From: a virus
Strand: one strand, 5' to 3'
IMG/VR virus record: IMGVR_UViG_3300045988_147821
Span: 49,352-113,351 of that record
Length of the DNA: 64,000 nucleotides
Numbering within the stretch: position 1 is the first letter of the stretch; each line of letters opens with the position of its first letter. A model generated the notes under the pieces. The model was not told the origin of the DNA and did not search any database. It was given only the letters and a program-made list of their open reading frames with translations. The position numbers and the translations under genes are program-made. Below, piece by piece: positions 35,801 through 44,824 of this stretch.

Positions 35801-36251
35801 ACTTCTGACATGCTTCTTGAAACTTGAATGCACCCGAAAGATGTCCTTTCTCACAAATACCTAAAACGGTTATGCTAAGCCATTTTGCCTTAATGCACCA
35901 TTCATCATAGGAGTGCATACCATCAAGAAGCTGCATGTTTCCATGAACACCAAGAAAAGCTGATTCTCTAAAATCTTCTTCTATTTCGGGTTCCGAAAGA
36001 TACAGTACCTTGTTAAGTTTCACATCATTCTCACTCCCCTTTTTTAACCAATACCATACACCGCCAAAGGAATAGATATAATTATCACATTCGGTGTATG
36101 CAGTATCCCAGTGAAAGTCACGGTCAAAAAACGAGTTGCTTTCATTAGGAAGGGATAATTCATACGTTTCACATCCTATTTCCACAACCCTATCACTGAT
36201 ATGTGAGAAAGGAATAAAATGATCTTTCAGATATTGAATTAATTCGTTCAC
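32802..36251 (-). CDS. dnaE: DNA polymerase III alpha subunit (DnaE-type, family C)
   Basis: 1149 aa. GPGRGSCAGSAVVYLLGLTKVNPL and the catalytic motif LPDIDTDF. The N-terminal PHP-like region has a degenerate His motif (FLGVHGNMQLLDG). Confidence 0.85.
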   Translation of the reverse strand: MNELIQYLKDHFIPFSHISDRVVEIGCETYELSLPNESNSFFDRDFHWDTAYTECDNYIYSFGGVWYWLKKGSENDVKLNKVLYLSEPEIEEDFRESAFLGVHGNMQLLDGMHSYDEWCIKAKWLSITVLGICEKGHLSGAFKFQEACQKYGIKPVFGMEVPVLDEERDIRFTIKVYARDEDGWRMLLELNRLCNVIHKEYCTLNEFVSLAKSESYKEHTFTVADPKTVECQYLLDYVLGKDEMYVQFDTVEYEQDDRDKWYLENLKMFYSKKCRFIAICDAYYLEPEYAYIREKINSILKITNYKSSNQYFKNFQEYFLEMQALFGNDDSMFDLWDDAIGNLRYVSENCNFVIDSKSRHLPWYIMTEEEKKRWRTNDEMFVDLIYEGLENHPELIEEYGEEAVFARIDEEIDVIRFGGVVDYFLILRDIVNWARSQNILVGPGRGSCAGSAVVYLLGLTKVNPLKYELFFSRFLNKGRIQKSLPDIDTDFPTNRRQEVKRYMEERFGTKQVCAVGTYTTLQLKAAINDMGDKYGVAIPERKRISKMLGEEKEKTVEDLFRTALKKAEFRAFMRKNTEMFNDLFVILGAPKARSIHACAEMIFPQDRTMFEWSPLRLESDTNQMVCEWEGGELDHAGFLKEDILGLNQLDKIHDILELIKQNTGTAIDPYKDIPLNEPEVMKYFGNGWNGDVFQFTAKGMNGYAQIMKPNSVEELSACTALYRPGPLENGIHYSYVKRKNGNEEVEYLTGTESFLKDTYGLLLYQENVMQASITLAGFTSMEADDLRKAMGKKKADVMAELKAKFVDGYISKWGVTKEYAEDYFSMMEEFAKYSFNKAHAVSYSIISYICQWLKVHYPMEFWSVTFTWAKMDEYPLYINEIEKTGNIGIKTVNINHSRSHIVSDKETNSMYWSLNSVKQIGEQALNQLNEERDKNGEYFSLEEFLDRHNFKNSKVTKSAIENLIYCGAFDELEHVEHPSERYFLLDIYRTKCKVKVDKSKDKLSLGYDKGKHEEDWWWMLMQRNLCGFGEFDHETLSLHLDKCTPYFSPSKLQEYNGYGYSDVKVGGYVMEVEEKKTKNGFMGFIKLDCNYDFVHVVVGCELYEEMSEYFKNSKDCLLYLTGYPTYSKFDDCNIIQITRRSQFVRLKLD

Positions 36252-36373
36252 GAAAATAGGTTTTATTGAAAAAGAAATACAGGCACGGGTTTTGGTTTTT
36301 GGTAAACTTTTGTGCTGACTATTATGGTTAATTATCTCTCCCGTACCTGTATTACCTTATATGTTTTACATTT

Positions 36374-36976
36374 TTATTTTGAAAGGTTTCCGATGGAAAG
36401 GTCATGGTTGAGTTCCATCAACGATTTTGAAAGGCTGTCAAGGAACTTGGCTACACCCATGATTGCCATTGCACCAGGTTTCAGCGAACCGTTTTCGGAT
36501 ACTGTCAGTGATTCATGCTGGTCACAGCAACGTTTCGGTTCATCGGGATTTTCCTCCAGTTTATGTTCGGGTTCGGGTGTCGGTTTTTCCTCTTCCTTTC
36601 TAATGATGTTCACAGTCTGTTTTTCTTCATTTACCTTTCTTGTACGTGACGATACCTTTGTTCTTGCAGGTTTCGGGGCAGTTTCCTCTTCTTCCTTTGC
36701 TGGTAATTCGTCCTCTTCTGCGGGTTCTTCCGGGGTAGGAATCTCATCCTGTGGTCCATCATCTTCCACGGGTTCGGGTTCGTTGCCGCCCTGTGCACCG
36801 TTTTCGATGTAGTTTTCGACAGCTTTTTTCAACTGATCGGAATCCATAACCGATACATCTTCTCCCAATACATCGCTTACGGCAGCAATCAGTTTGTCTT
36901 TCGGACTTAATGTTTCGTAATTTTCAATCTCTAGTTTTGCAGCCGCTCTTCGTGCGTCTAAAAATGATACAGCCAT
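36374..36976 (-). CDS. acidic low-complexity protein (200 aa)
   Basis: E/P/K-rich centre (EEPAEEDELPAKEEEETAPKP). First gene after the promoter at 37062. Confidence 0.5.
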   Translation of the reverse strand: MAVSFLDARRAAAKLEIENYETLSPKDKLIAAVSDVLGEDVSVMDSDQLKKAVENYIENGAQGGNEPEPVEDDGPQDEIPTPEEPAEEDELPAKEEEETAPKPARTKVSSRTRKVNEEKQTVNIIRKEEEKPTPEPEHKLEENPDEPKRCCDQHESLTVSENGSLKPGAMAIMGVAKFLDSLSKSLMELNHDLSIGNLSK

Positions 36977-37061
36977 TTTGTTTTTAATTTTAATGATTAA
37001 TAATTAATTTGTAATATAATCCAATGAGTTACGTTATATCATAAATCTCATTTCGACAATG

Positions 37062-37130
37062 CAAATATAGGGATAAAAATTCTAAGTATGCAAGAAAAAC
37101 TACGAAAATTTTTATAAAAAGTTTTTTAGT
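37062..37130 (-). promoter_or_regulatory. palindrome-class promoter: 39-nt conserved element plus -7 box TATATTTG
   Basis: The 39-mer at 37092-37130 is identical to 18063-18101. Palindrome at 37109-37120. -7 box at 37062-37069. Confidence 0.5.
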
Positions 37131-37158
37131 TTTTGTTTTATCCCTATGTATCAACACA

Positions 37159-37746
37159 TTAAATGAACAACAATCCCTTTACAAGTTGTACACGTTCTTC
37201 AACCGATCCTCTTACAGTACGATATGGAATAAAGTTGTTTGTCAATATCCACTTTATCTTTGTATCAATGTGTTTTCTGTGTTCCTCATCAATGCAGCGT
37301 ACCCCATCATTTACAACCTCTATCCCATCATCAATAGGAAGATAGATGTTAAGACATGGATTAAGGTATTTCACCTGTTTGAGCAATTCCCTGCGTTCAT
37401 ACTGTTCTTCCATGGAGAATTTCATCTTTCTTGTACCTTCTTCTTCCATGTCGCACATTTCGGATGTATATGCGATCACGTCAACAACACATCTGTCGGA
37501 AATGAAATTGTTCCCCTGTTCAAGAAGTTCGGAGTAATAGGAAAACATAATTCTTTGTGAATCGGGATCACCGTCAACAGAGATGTTTATTTTCCCTTCG
37601 GAAGCCATTCTACGTAACATACCTGTCATGATATTAAGTCCACTGGCTTTTATATCCTTATCCTCTGCCAATGCGTTTATGAGAGTTGTTTTTCCTGTAT
37701 TCTGTGCTCCGATAATGTTTACCTTGGTGTATCTCAATCTTTTCAT
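37159..37746 (-). CDS. P-loop NTPase or kinase (NadR / dNMP-kinase-like)
   Basis: Walker A NIIGAQNTGKTTLINAL at the N-terminus. 195 aa. Confidence 0.5.
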   Translation of the reverse strand: MKRLRYTKVNIIGAQNTGKTTLINALAEDKDIKASGLNIMTGMLRRMASEGKINISVDGDPDSQRIMFSYYSELLEQGNNFISDRCVVDVIAYTSEMCDMEEEGTRKMKFSMEEQYERRELLKQVKYLNPCLNIYLPIDDGIEVVNDGVRCIDEEHRKHIDTKIKWILTNNFIPYRTVRGSVEERVQLVKGLLFI

Positions 37747-38291
37747 CTATTGTCACCCTCCCCGTGAATCTTGTTGCGTTCCATACGGTCATACAGCTTG
37801 TTTATATTCATTGCTGCAACCTCCTTGATAGATGTTCCTGTCGTTTTTGCCACAATATAGGTAACGGCTTTCAACACTTTCTTCCATTCCTCAAAAACAA
37901 CTTCCTTACGACTGTCCGATAATACAATAGGCAGATTTCCATCCCAATTGTCACGGATATGCTTTTTTACCTGTTCGGCTATCTTACCCATAGATACGAT
38001 AGGGTCAAACAACGCATCTGTTGTAAGGTCTGTGATTTCCAGCCATTCGTTTACTTCCGGCAATTCCATTTTCTTATGAATCATTGCAAGATACCACAAA
38101 ATATCTCCTGCTTCCTTCTTCAATTCTTCATCATTTTCCTGTTCTACCTGAATCTTTTCAAACATTTCTCCTGTTTCGCCACACAAACCCAATGTTACAC
38201 ATACCACTATCAGTGAATCGGGATAGGTGCATGTTACTTCTGCAAGTTTTTCATACTTCGAAAAAGTTTCAATCTTTTCAAATCTTTCCAT
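37743..38291 (-). CDS. mazG: MazG-like nucleoside triphosphate pyrophosphohydrolase
   Basis: Start re-set to ATG 38291 (MERFEKIE). Motifs CGETGEMFEKI and EAGDILWYLAMI. Confidence 0.65.
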   Translation of the reverse strand: MERFEKIETFSKYEKLAEVTCTYPDSLIVVCVTLGLCGETGEMFEKIQVEQENDEELKKEAGDILWYLAMIHKKMELPEVNEWLEITDLTTDALFDPIVSMGKIAEQVKKHIRDNWDGNLPIVLSDSRKEVVFEEWKKVLKAVTYIVAKTTGTSIKEVAAMNINKLYDRMERNKIHGEGDNR

Positions 38292-38313
38292 TTTGTTCAA
38301 AATTATAAAGTTT

Positions 38314-38997
38314 TTATTTATCAAGGTTCCAGCCCATTTCAAGACAGGCTGTTTCCAACATTTCATTTATCTTCTCCATCGCTTCCATATCAATATCCTT
38401 ACGGGATGATAGCCACACCTTTTCATTAGGTATTTCATAGGTCTTGATATGCTTCTTGACAGCTTCCACATCCATTTCACATCCTACTTCATAATGGAAC
38501 TCATACGATTTTGAATAGTGCATAAAGTAATCAAAATAGTTCCATGAATTATTTTCTTTTTCATGAATCTTGGTGTCCTCATACATGGAAGGCCTATTGT
38601 ATGACATCTTAGGACGGATTACAACTTTGGATAATCCATGTGCTGCCTTATAGAAGCCTTGTGGCCACATTGAACCATTTGTTTCCATTATAACCTCATA
38701 ACCTTTTTCAGTTATGGTTTCAATGAAATGTTTCATGTTTCTTCGCATACATGGCTCACCCCCTGTTATGAATACTCTCTTGATATTAGGATGCTTTTGC
38801 ATCATTTCAAGAACATATTCTTCATCAAGAGTATTCTCACCTGTTCTGCTGACAGAATAGCGCGAACAATACTTACATCTCAAATTACATCCTGCAACAG
38901 TTACTATTATGGCTGAAAAACCACGGGAACTGCCACTAGGAATGAACCCTAGCACAATTGAATGTGCTAGAAATCTTTCATCTTTCTTTTCTTCCAC
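38314..38997 (-). CDS. radical SAM enzyme, QueE-like (7-carboxy-7-deazaguanine synthase-like)
   Basis: VAGCNLRCKYCS cluster, FITGGEPC, METNGS and VVIRPK, in the same order as the QueE landmarks. Confidence 0.55.
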   Translation of the reverse strand: MEEKKDERFLAHSIVLGFIPSGSSRGFSAIIVTVAGCNLRCKYCSRYSVSRTGENTLDEEYVLEMMQKHPNIKRVFITGGEPCMRRNMKHFIETITEKGYEVIMETNGSMWPQGFYKAAHGLSKVVIRPKMSYNRPSMYEDTKIHEKENNSWNYFDYFMHYSKSYEFHYEVGCEMDVEAVKKHIKTYEIPNEKVWLSSRKDIDMEAMEKINEMLETACLEMGWNLDK

Positions 38998-39003
38998 CGT
39001 ATG

Positions 39004-39534
39004 TTATTTTAAAAGTTCGTCACAATCAAATTCCTCCAATGTAAGCAAGGTTACGAAATTATATGGAACATAAATCTTTCGTTTGTCATGTATAATGCAA
39101 ACCTCTTCCATTTCCGCATCATTATCGACAACCTTATATGGTTTTCCTCTGAACGTTACCCAATGACCACGTTTTACGAATGATTTCTTGTCATACCATC
39201 TTACTAAATCACCCTTGTTCCCATAGGTCAGATTAGGAAGCCCATAAGGATTGAGGAATTTCTTGTAGTACATTTCTTCAAGAAGCGTTTCACGGTCAAA
39301 GATTGTAAGACAGCCCATTTTCTTGGACATATCCACTATCTTTTCTCTCTTTTTCTTCGCTATCTCTGCATTGATAGACTTGACTTTCGGATCATCATAG
39401 AAAATGCTTCTCATTTTTCTTGATATAAATTCCATTTGTAGAAGTTCAATGAACTCACCCACTGAAAGACGGTTCATTTTTTCAATATCTTCGCTCATTT
39501 TTATTGCAATAATTAAAGTTAGACATCTCCCCAA
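39004..39534 (-). CDS. hypothetical protein (176 aa; the start may be the internal MSEDIEK)
   Basis: ORF in the operon. Confidence 0.5.
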   Translation of the reverse strand: MGRCLTLIIAIKMSEDIEKMNRLSVGEFIELLQMEFISRKMRSIFYDDPKVKSINAEIAKKKREKIVDMSKKMGCLTIFDRETLLEEMYYKKFLNPYGLPNLTYGNKGDLVRWYDKKSFVKRGHWVTFRGKPYKVVDNDAEMEEVCIIHDKRKIYVPYNFVTLLTLEEFDCDELLK

Positions 39535-39536
39535 AG

Positions 39537-40547
39537 TTAAATCAATCTACTGAAAAAATCAAACGGAGTAGCAAGATTATCAAGTGCATCCCAAAGTTCA
39601 TTTTCAGTTGCATCTCCTGGATCTATTTTCTTATTTTTCAATAACGCTATCCATGTTTCAAAACTACGTGATACAGTGATTGCAGCCGAAGCAATATTTT
39701 CCGTCACATCAGGGTCATACATGATAACTATCTCCTTCACTCCCGCCTTCTTTTTCAATAAGGCAACCTGTTCCCTTGATATGGAATTTCCGAACGTAAA
39801 ACAACATCTTACGGCTTCCGAATCCTGTAAATGCAGCTTATTATCTACATTGATATAGTCAAACAGTCCTTCCACCACAATAACACATTGTGTATTGTCG
39901 GTTATATTGTCGTATGCACCTATTATCTTTCGGAAATTAGTCTTGCTGTTCTCGTATCTTAACTGCAACCTTGCTTTTCCCTGCTTTGCATCCTTTAGAT
40001 TCTGTATATGAAATTCCTTTGATTTTCTTGAACGTGCCAACCATGCAACTACCCTGTTATTCATCTTTATCTTGAATATGATATAATCCCTTAATTTTCT
40101 TTCAAGAATAAAATTGGTTACAGACGGTTCAAACAACCTGTAATGGTGTTCCGTGAATCCACGTCTTTTCAGATAAGGGTCACTATCAACAGGAAGCAGT
40201 TCAAGTCTTTTAGGAAGTTCCATTTCGGGAAGTTCACCATCTTCATCCTCATCATCATTTTCATCATTAAACATAGGAAGGCTGTCTTTTTTCAAGGTAT
40301 TCTGAAAATCCTTGTGCCAAAGATCTGTCCGGTTTATCTTTTTCAGATAGCTGAATAGAGAGGTTTTTGTGTTGCAGTACCAACAGTGATACACCATCAC
40401 ATTATCCTCCTTGTTTATCAGCAACCCCCATTTGCCACCCCTGCCACAAAATGCGCATGGCTCATTCTTGTTCTGCATCCACCCCTGTGCTCCAAAAGGG
40501 GTAAGATTCAGTTCGGCTTTAAGTTCATCGACATCAATCTTAGCCAT
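39537..40547 (-). CDS. dnaG: DnaG-like primase (zinc finger + TOPRIM)
   Basis: CAFCGRGG...HCWYCNTK zinc finger. TOPRIM motifs VVEGLFDYI and IMYDPD. Confidence 0.7.
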   Translation of the reverse strand: MAKIDVDELKAELNLTPFGAQGWMQNKNEPCAFCGRGGKWGLLINKEDNVMVYHCWYCNTKTSLFSYLKKINRTDLWHKDFQNTLKKDSLPMFNDENDDEDEDGELPEMELPKRLELLPVDSDPYLKRRGFTEHHYRLFEPSVTNFILERKLRDYIIFKIKMNNRVVAWLARSRKSKEFHIQNLKDAKQGKARLQLRYENSKTNFRKIIGAYDNITDNTQCVIVVEGLFDYINVDNKLHLQDSEAVRCCFTFGNSISREQVALLKKKAGVKEIVIMYDPDVTENIASAAITVSRSFETWIALLKNKKIDPGDATENELWDALDNLATPFDFFSRLI

Positions 40548-40550
40548 ATC

Positions 40551-41987
40551 CTATACATCATTCTTTACACGGTTTTCCTTTTTCAATTTCTCTTTCTTCT
40601 GTACCTTCTGAATCTCAATGGGATTCAGATAGCCGGACATGGCAATGGTTTCCTTGGCATTATAGAACGCCCCCTTGTCATAATTGGTGGCTATCAGATA
40701 TGTTTTCCCTACCTGTTTAAAGTCACGTAACTTATCCGTATAGATACGCAATCTGTTATTGTCACGTTCCGCCTGCGTCCTGTTTCCTGTAAACACATAG
40801 GAGAATGTTTTTACAAGCGTCTTGTCACCTTCCGTATATGAACGATCAATTACCCTGTCTGGACTGTTCCATATTTCAACAGGAACATTGGAAGCCTGTG
40901 TGGCTGTTATTCCGGCTATATGGAACTCATTGCATATATCCTTGAATCGCTGTGCGTTTTTTTGTAACCTGTATTTCAGAAAATTAGGATTGGTATCTAC
41001 CTGTGCATTCTCTCCTGTTATGGCAAGATCAAGTGAATCGAGTATGAGTTCATCGGGGAAATACCCATGTGCCTTGTAATATTCAAGTACAATATTGCGT
41101 ACTTCCATCATGGACGCTTCCCCATATTTCTCGAACCCGTACACCTCTATATCCGAACCTAGAAGAGTTTCCACATCCCTTGCGGTCTTTCTGAACAAAT
41201 CCATCTCCTTTTCGGAAAGTTCACCTTTTCTTACTTTCATGTACGGATGCCCTGTAACGATTTGATCATATTTGGAAAGACATGCACTTACACCTCCTTC
41301 AAGCTGTATGTGCAAGACTTTCTTCCCATCCATACAGGCCCTGTATCCATGCCATTTCAGAACGGTTGACTTTCCTTCTCCCGAACGCAGAATCCACAGT
41401 ACGGTATCACCCTTGTCTATTCCTCCATAGGAAATTTCATCAAGTACATCTATCCCGAACGTCACTTTGTTTCCCGTAGAATCCTTTTCCCTGAACTCCC
41501 TGTTCTGTTTCATGCGTTCCTCAAATCCACGGAATACCTTCTTGAAATTTCCTACGGCATTTCTAAGGGATATTTCGTGTATCTCCTTTGATTCTTCCGT
41601 TGCCGTGAATATTGCTTCTTCGACCTTGTTTTCTTCGTACAGGTCATGGATTTTGTTTACCATTTCCTTGAAGCGTATCTTTTTTACATACGCTTCAAGC
41701 TGGCTTATTATCAATTCCTTATCAGGCTTATCTGTTTCCTTTATCTCGTCCACAGCTTCCTGGACAGCATCATTGTCACTGAACTTCTGCGATATGAACC
41801 CTAATGAGGGAATAATGTTCTTATCGTCATATATTGCAACCGCTTCCCTTAGAAGAACCTTATATCCCGGCATCTCTTTAGGGATGAACTGATATTTCAG
41901 GTATCTTTTGCACAGGAACAACACATCCTTGTCCATAAATACCATCTTAAACAGTTCGGGTATGAAATTGGCACTTAGTTTTTCCAT
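40551..41987 (-). CDS. dnaB: DnaB-family replicative helicase
   Basis: 478 aa. FGIDVLDEISYGGIDKGDTVLWILRSGEGKST (Walker A) in a RecA-like C-terminal domain. Confidence 0.6.
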   Translation of the reverse strand: MEKLSANFIPELFKMVFMDKDVLFLCKRYLKYQFIPKEMPGYKVLLREAVAIYDDKNIIPSLGFISQKFSDNDAVQEAVDEIKETDKPDKELIISQLEAYVKKIRFKEMVNKIHDLYEENKVEEAIFTATEESKEIHEISLRNAVGNFKKVFRGFEERMKQNREFREKDSTGNKVTFGIDVLDEISYGGIDKGDTVLWILRSGEGKSTVLKWHGYRACMDGKKVLHIQLEGGVSACLSKYDQIVTGHPYMKVRKGELSEKEMDLFRKTARDVETLLGSDIEVYGFEKYGEASMMEVRNIVLEYYKAHGYFPDELILDSLDLAITGENAQVDTNPNFLKYRLQKNAQRFKDICNEFHIAGITATQASNVPVEIWNSPDRVIDRSYTEGDKTLVKTFSYVFTGNRTQAERDNNRLRIYTDKLRDFKQVGKTYLIATNYDKGAFYNAKETIAMSGYLNPIEIQKVQKKEKLKKENRVKNDV

Positions 41988-41998
41988 AAAAATTAAAA

Positions 41999-44824
41999 TT
42001 AAAGCATTGTTACCACAGGTTCACTTCCCTTACCTTCTTTCAATGACTGATAGGCAATGAATATAGAGGACACGCAATCATCATGACCGGACCCTGCTTC
42101 AAGTTTCCCTTTGTCAGAGCGGAATGTAATGGAAGAAAACTCGGAAAACAGATAATCCGTTTTCTCTTTTGTTGTCCCTGCCTTGTATGGTATCTTGAAC
42201 TGACCTCTTTCAAAGAGTGCTGCAAGACTGGCCCATCCGTTATGTAAATCCTTCTTGTTTCCTTCTGTCGTAGTAAATGTATCTATATTCATTAATCCAC
42301 GTTCCCTTGCCAATCCTGCAAGAATGGATTGGAATCCGTTGGATTCACATACCACCTTGTTAGGTCTGAACATCTGATCCAATACCACTATCTTATCCAC
42401 CTGTTCATTGTGACTTGCACCTTTAAGGCGTTCGTAATAGATTAGGTAGTAGTTTTTCATTGCATCCATGCCAACAACAGAGTAAACGGTAAAGTCTGCT
42501 CCGATATTACCTGATATGGCAAAATCCACACCTATAACAACCCGTGTCATTTTAATAGGGAAATTATCGACAGTCGTTGCATAATCCACATTTTCCATCC
42601 CTATCGTAGTACGTTTAAGGATATCGTATGGAAATATAGACGAACTATCGTCAATAGGAATAACAAGGTACTCACGTGCAAATACGGTTGTTCCAAGTTC
42701 TTCCTTCTTTCTTATAAGGTCCTCAAATGTATATCTGTCGGGGGCAAGCGGTCTGCCATCGGGGAAAATTATAGGATATTCAAAACACTTGAAACGCTTG
42801 TCGGCTTTTATCACCTTATACAAGTCCGATTCAGCATTGGAAAACGGTGTTCCCGATATAATGAAATATCCGAACGGTTCCACTGTCGGTTCAATCGTAC
42901 CTTTGATAAGTTCCTTTATCTTCTGCCGTGCTTCTTCACTGTAAAGACTTGATTCATCCGGCATATCGTCCACTACACATGCCCCGGTATGCAAACCACG
43001 GATTGCAGAACTGGCACCTCTGATATGGATTATCGCACCTGTTTCAGTCTGAACGCCCATTTCACCAATCTTGGCCCGATTATTAGGATTCAACTTCTCC
43101 TTTATGATTTCGTTGTTATCTATCTCATTGATAATCTTTGTCATGTGTGCCTTACATAACTGGATAGAAGATGATATGAGAGAGGTTTCCTTGTAATTAT
43201 TGTTGAACACCATATACCTTGGATCATCCCATGAATGTGGCACATCATAGCCGTATAACCGCCATAAAGGAAAGGCATAACAATACTGATAACTGTTATG
43301 TGCAACAGTTCCATCAGCAAGTAAAAACTTGTGATCACCGTCACAGGCAAATCCATAATATTCACCTTCCCCCACAGGATGTACAGTCAAGGAAGATACT
43401 TGTGGATCTTGAACCTGTTCCACATACTGAACCTGTTTCCTTTTGATTCTGGTGGGAAGATTATGTAATTTACCCGATATATTCATACGATAAAAAACAT
43501 AATCTTTCAGTATGTATTCACCTCTTTTCTTCGACTTTACTTTTATATTCTTACACTCTCTTTTTACAGTCTTACATCTGAATCCAAGTGACCATGCAAG
43601 TTGTTGTACTTGATAAGCAAGTTTTTCATCTTTGGATGAATACTCAAAAGACCTGCCTGTTTTTGGTAAACCCAATCTCTTTGCCCTGTCTGCATCACAA
43701 CAACCATCTGTATCTAGTAATCCTGCCAGCAATTCCAGTCGTTGTTGTCGGGATGCCCTCATGTATATATCAGGAATATGCTTGTTATTTAAAAGCCCCA
43801 TATCCTTCAATATCTTTGTTAAAGGCAACACGGTATCTGATTTTTTACTCCTTCCCCTATACCTAGGAATTTTTGGATCATATATCTGTGACCTTAACGA
43901 CCCTCTTTTGTAACAACCATTTCTATAACTGGCAACACTCAATCCAAGTCTTTCAGCATATTCACATAGATATTCATATATTTCAATATCGGGTTTTGAT
44001 ATACAAGAATTATGTGAATACCCATCCCCCAACCATATCCCTAAAAAATATGGTTCCAACGGAAGTTCCTTTTCAGGCAAATCCCATCCTTCAACTCTGT
44101 ACCCGGAAATTTTCTTTTGGCTATATCCAGGGTGTTTCGGGATATCTTGCACAGGAATTTCCTTATATATTATTTCAGAATAGGATTTATGCGGTTTTTT
44201 ACTTACCTCAACCCTTCTAAGATATCTTGCACAAATAAGATGCCCTTCATTCACTGCATAATCCATTGCATAGGATTGTTTCACCTTATACATAGGAGCG
44301 ATGCCATGATGTAATTCAAGTACCGTTCTTGGTGTTGAATCAATTCCCATCACCTTATCACCTACCTTAATGTCCTGTATCATTTTTGTACTTCCATCAG
44401 CCATAACAACGTAAGTACCTGGTTCCAAGCACTTTCCACTTCCGCGTGATGCAAGATAACTACTCCAAGGATATAGCTGCATCAGAGATCCCTGTTCCAG
44501 ATTACGCCAGTTCATGCGGAAGTTGGAGAGCACGGTTGTACAGAAATAGTTGAACGACATCTTTTTCAACTGTAAATCCATGGACGCTTTTAGATTATCC
44601 AAGTAATCCAAACTTTCCGAATCAATGGTTTTTCCTATGAACATGGCTTTCTCTGCCGACATCATCATCGAATGAATCAGAGCATCAATGTCACCCATAT
44701 ACCCTGTCGTGAGTTCATCTATTGCCTTTGTGGGAAGTTTGGATATGATGGTTTCCACCGTATCAAACAACCTTCTTTCCTGCAAGGATGTAAGGGTTAC
44801 GTTTTTATCAATAGAATCAATCAT
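41999..44824 (-). CDS. terL: terminase large subunit interrupted by a LAGLIDADG intein in the P-loop
   Basis: ASRGSGK|intein|SYQY restores the Walker A motif. Walker B ACVVDD. RNase-H-like nuclease motifs IGVDFA, ESNGFQ, HDD. About 562 aa after splicing. Confidence 0.8.
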   Translation of the reverse strand: MIDSIDKNVTLTSLQERRLFDTVETIISKLPTKAIDELTTGYMGDIDALIHSMMMSAEKAMFIGKTIDSESLDYLDNLKASMDLQLKKMSFNYFCTTVLSNFRMNWRNLEQGSLMQLYPWSSYLASRGSGKCLEPGTYVVMADGSTKMIQDIKVGDKVMGIDSTPRTVLELHHGIAPMYKVKQSYAMDYAVNEGHLICARYLRRVEVSKKPHKSYSEIIYKEIPVQDIPKHPGYSQKKISGYRVEGWDLPEKELPLEPYFLGIWLGDGYSHNSCISKPDIEIYEYLCEYAERLGLSVASYRNGCYKRGSLRSQIYDPKIPRYRGRSKKSDTVLPLTKILKDMGLLNNKHIPDIYMRASRQQRLELLAGLLDTDGCCDADRAKRLGLPKTGRSFEYSSKDEKLAYQVQQLAWSLGFRCKTVKRECKNIKVKSKKRGEYILKDYVFYRMNISGKLHNLPTRIKRKQVQYVEQVQDPQVSSLTVHPVGEGEYYGFACDGDHKFLLADGTVAHNSYQYCYAFPLWRLYGYDVPHSWDDPRYMVFNNNYKETSLISSSIQLCKAHMTKIINEIDNNEIIKEKLNPNNRAKIGEMGVQTETGAIIHIRGASSAIRGLHTGACVVDDMPDESSLYSEEARQKIKELIKGTIEPTVEPFGYFIISGTPFSNAESDLYKVIKADKRFKCFEYPIIFPDGRPLAPDRYTFEDLIRKKEELGTTVFAREYLVIPIDDSSSIFPYDILKRTTIGMENVDYATTVDNFPIKMTRVVIGVDFAISGNIGADFTVYSVVGMDAMKNYYLIYYERLKGASHNEQVDKIVVLDQMFRPNKVVCESNGFQSILAGLARERGLMNIDTFTTTEGNKKDLHNGWASLAALFERGQFKIPYKAGTTKEKTDYLFSEFSSITFRSDKGKLEAGSGHDDCVSSIFIAYQSLKEGKGSEPVVTML
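43295..44431 (-). mobile_element. full-size intein (379 aa) with LAGLIDADG homing endonuclease
   Basis: Begins CLEPGTYV (Cys codon 44429-44431). LAGLIDADG motifs FLGIWLGDGY and LLAGLLDTDG. Ends TVAHN (Asn codon 43295-43297) with +1 Ser. Confidence 0.8.

Noticed and set aside
36276-36353. A 14-bp stem (one mismatch) with an about 50-nt loop between the acidic-protein gene and dnaE.
   Set aside because: The loop is very large and there is no supporting conservation. It could be a weak attenuator, but the evidence is insufficient.
36312-36812. Long plus-strand ORFs antisense to minus-strand genes (36312..36812, 7005..7412, 10963..11439, 11512..11972, 12899..13312, 20138..20710, 41467..41892 and similar).
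   Set aside because: Their composition is low-complexity Ser/Phe/Leu-rich, they lack motifs, and each fully overlaps a protein-like or motif-bearing minus-strand gene. They are treated as shadow ORFs.
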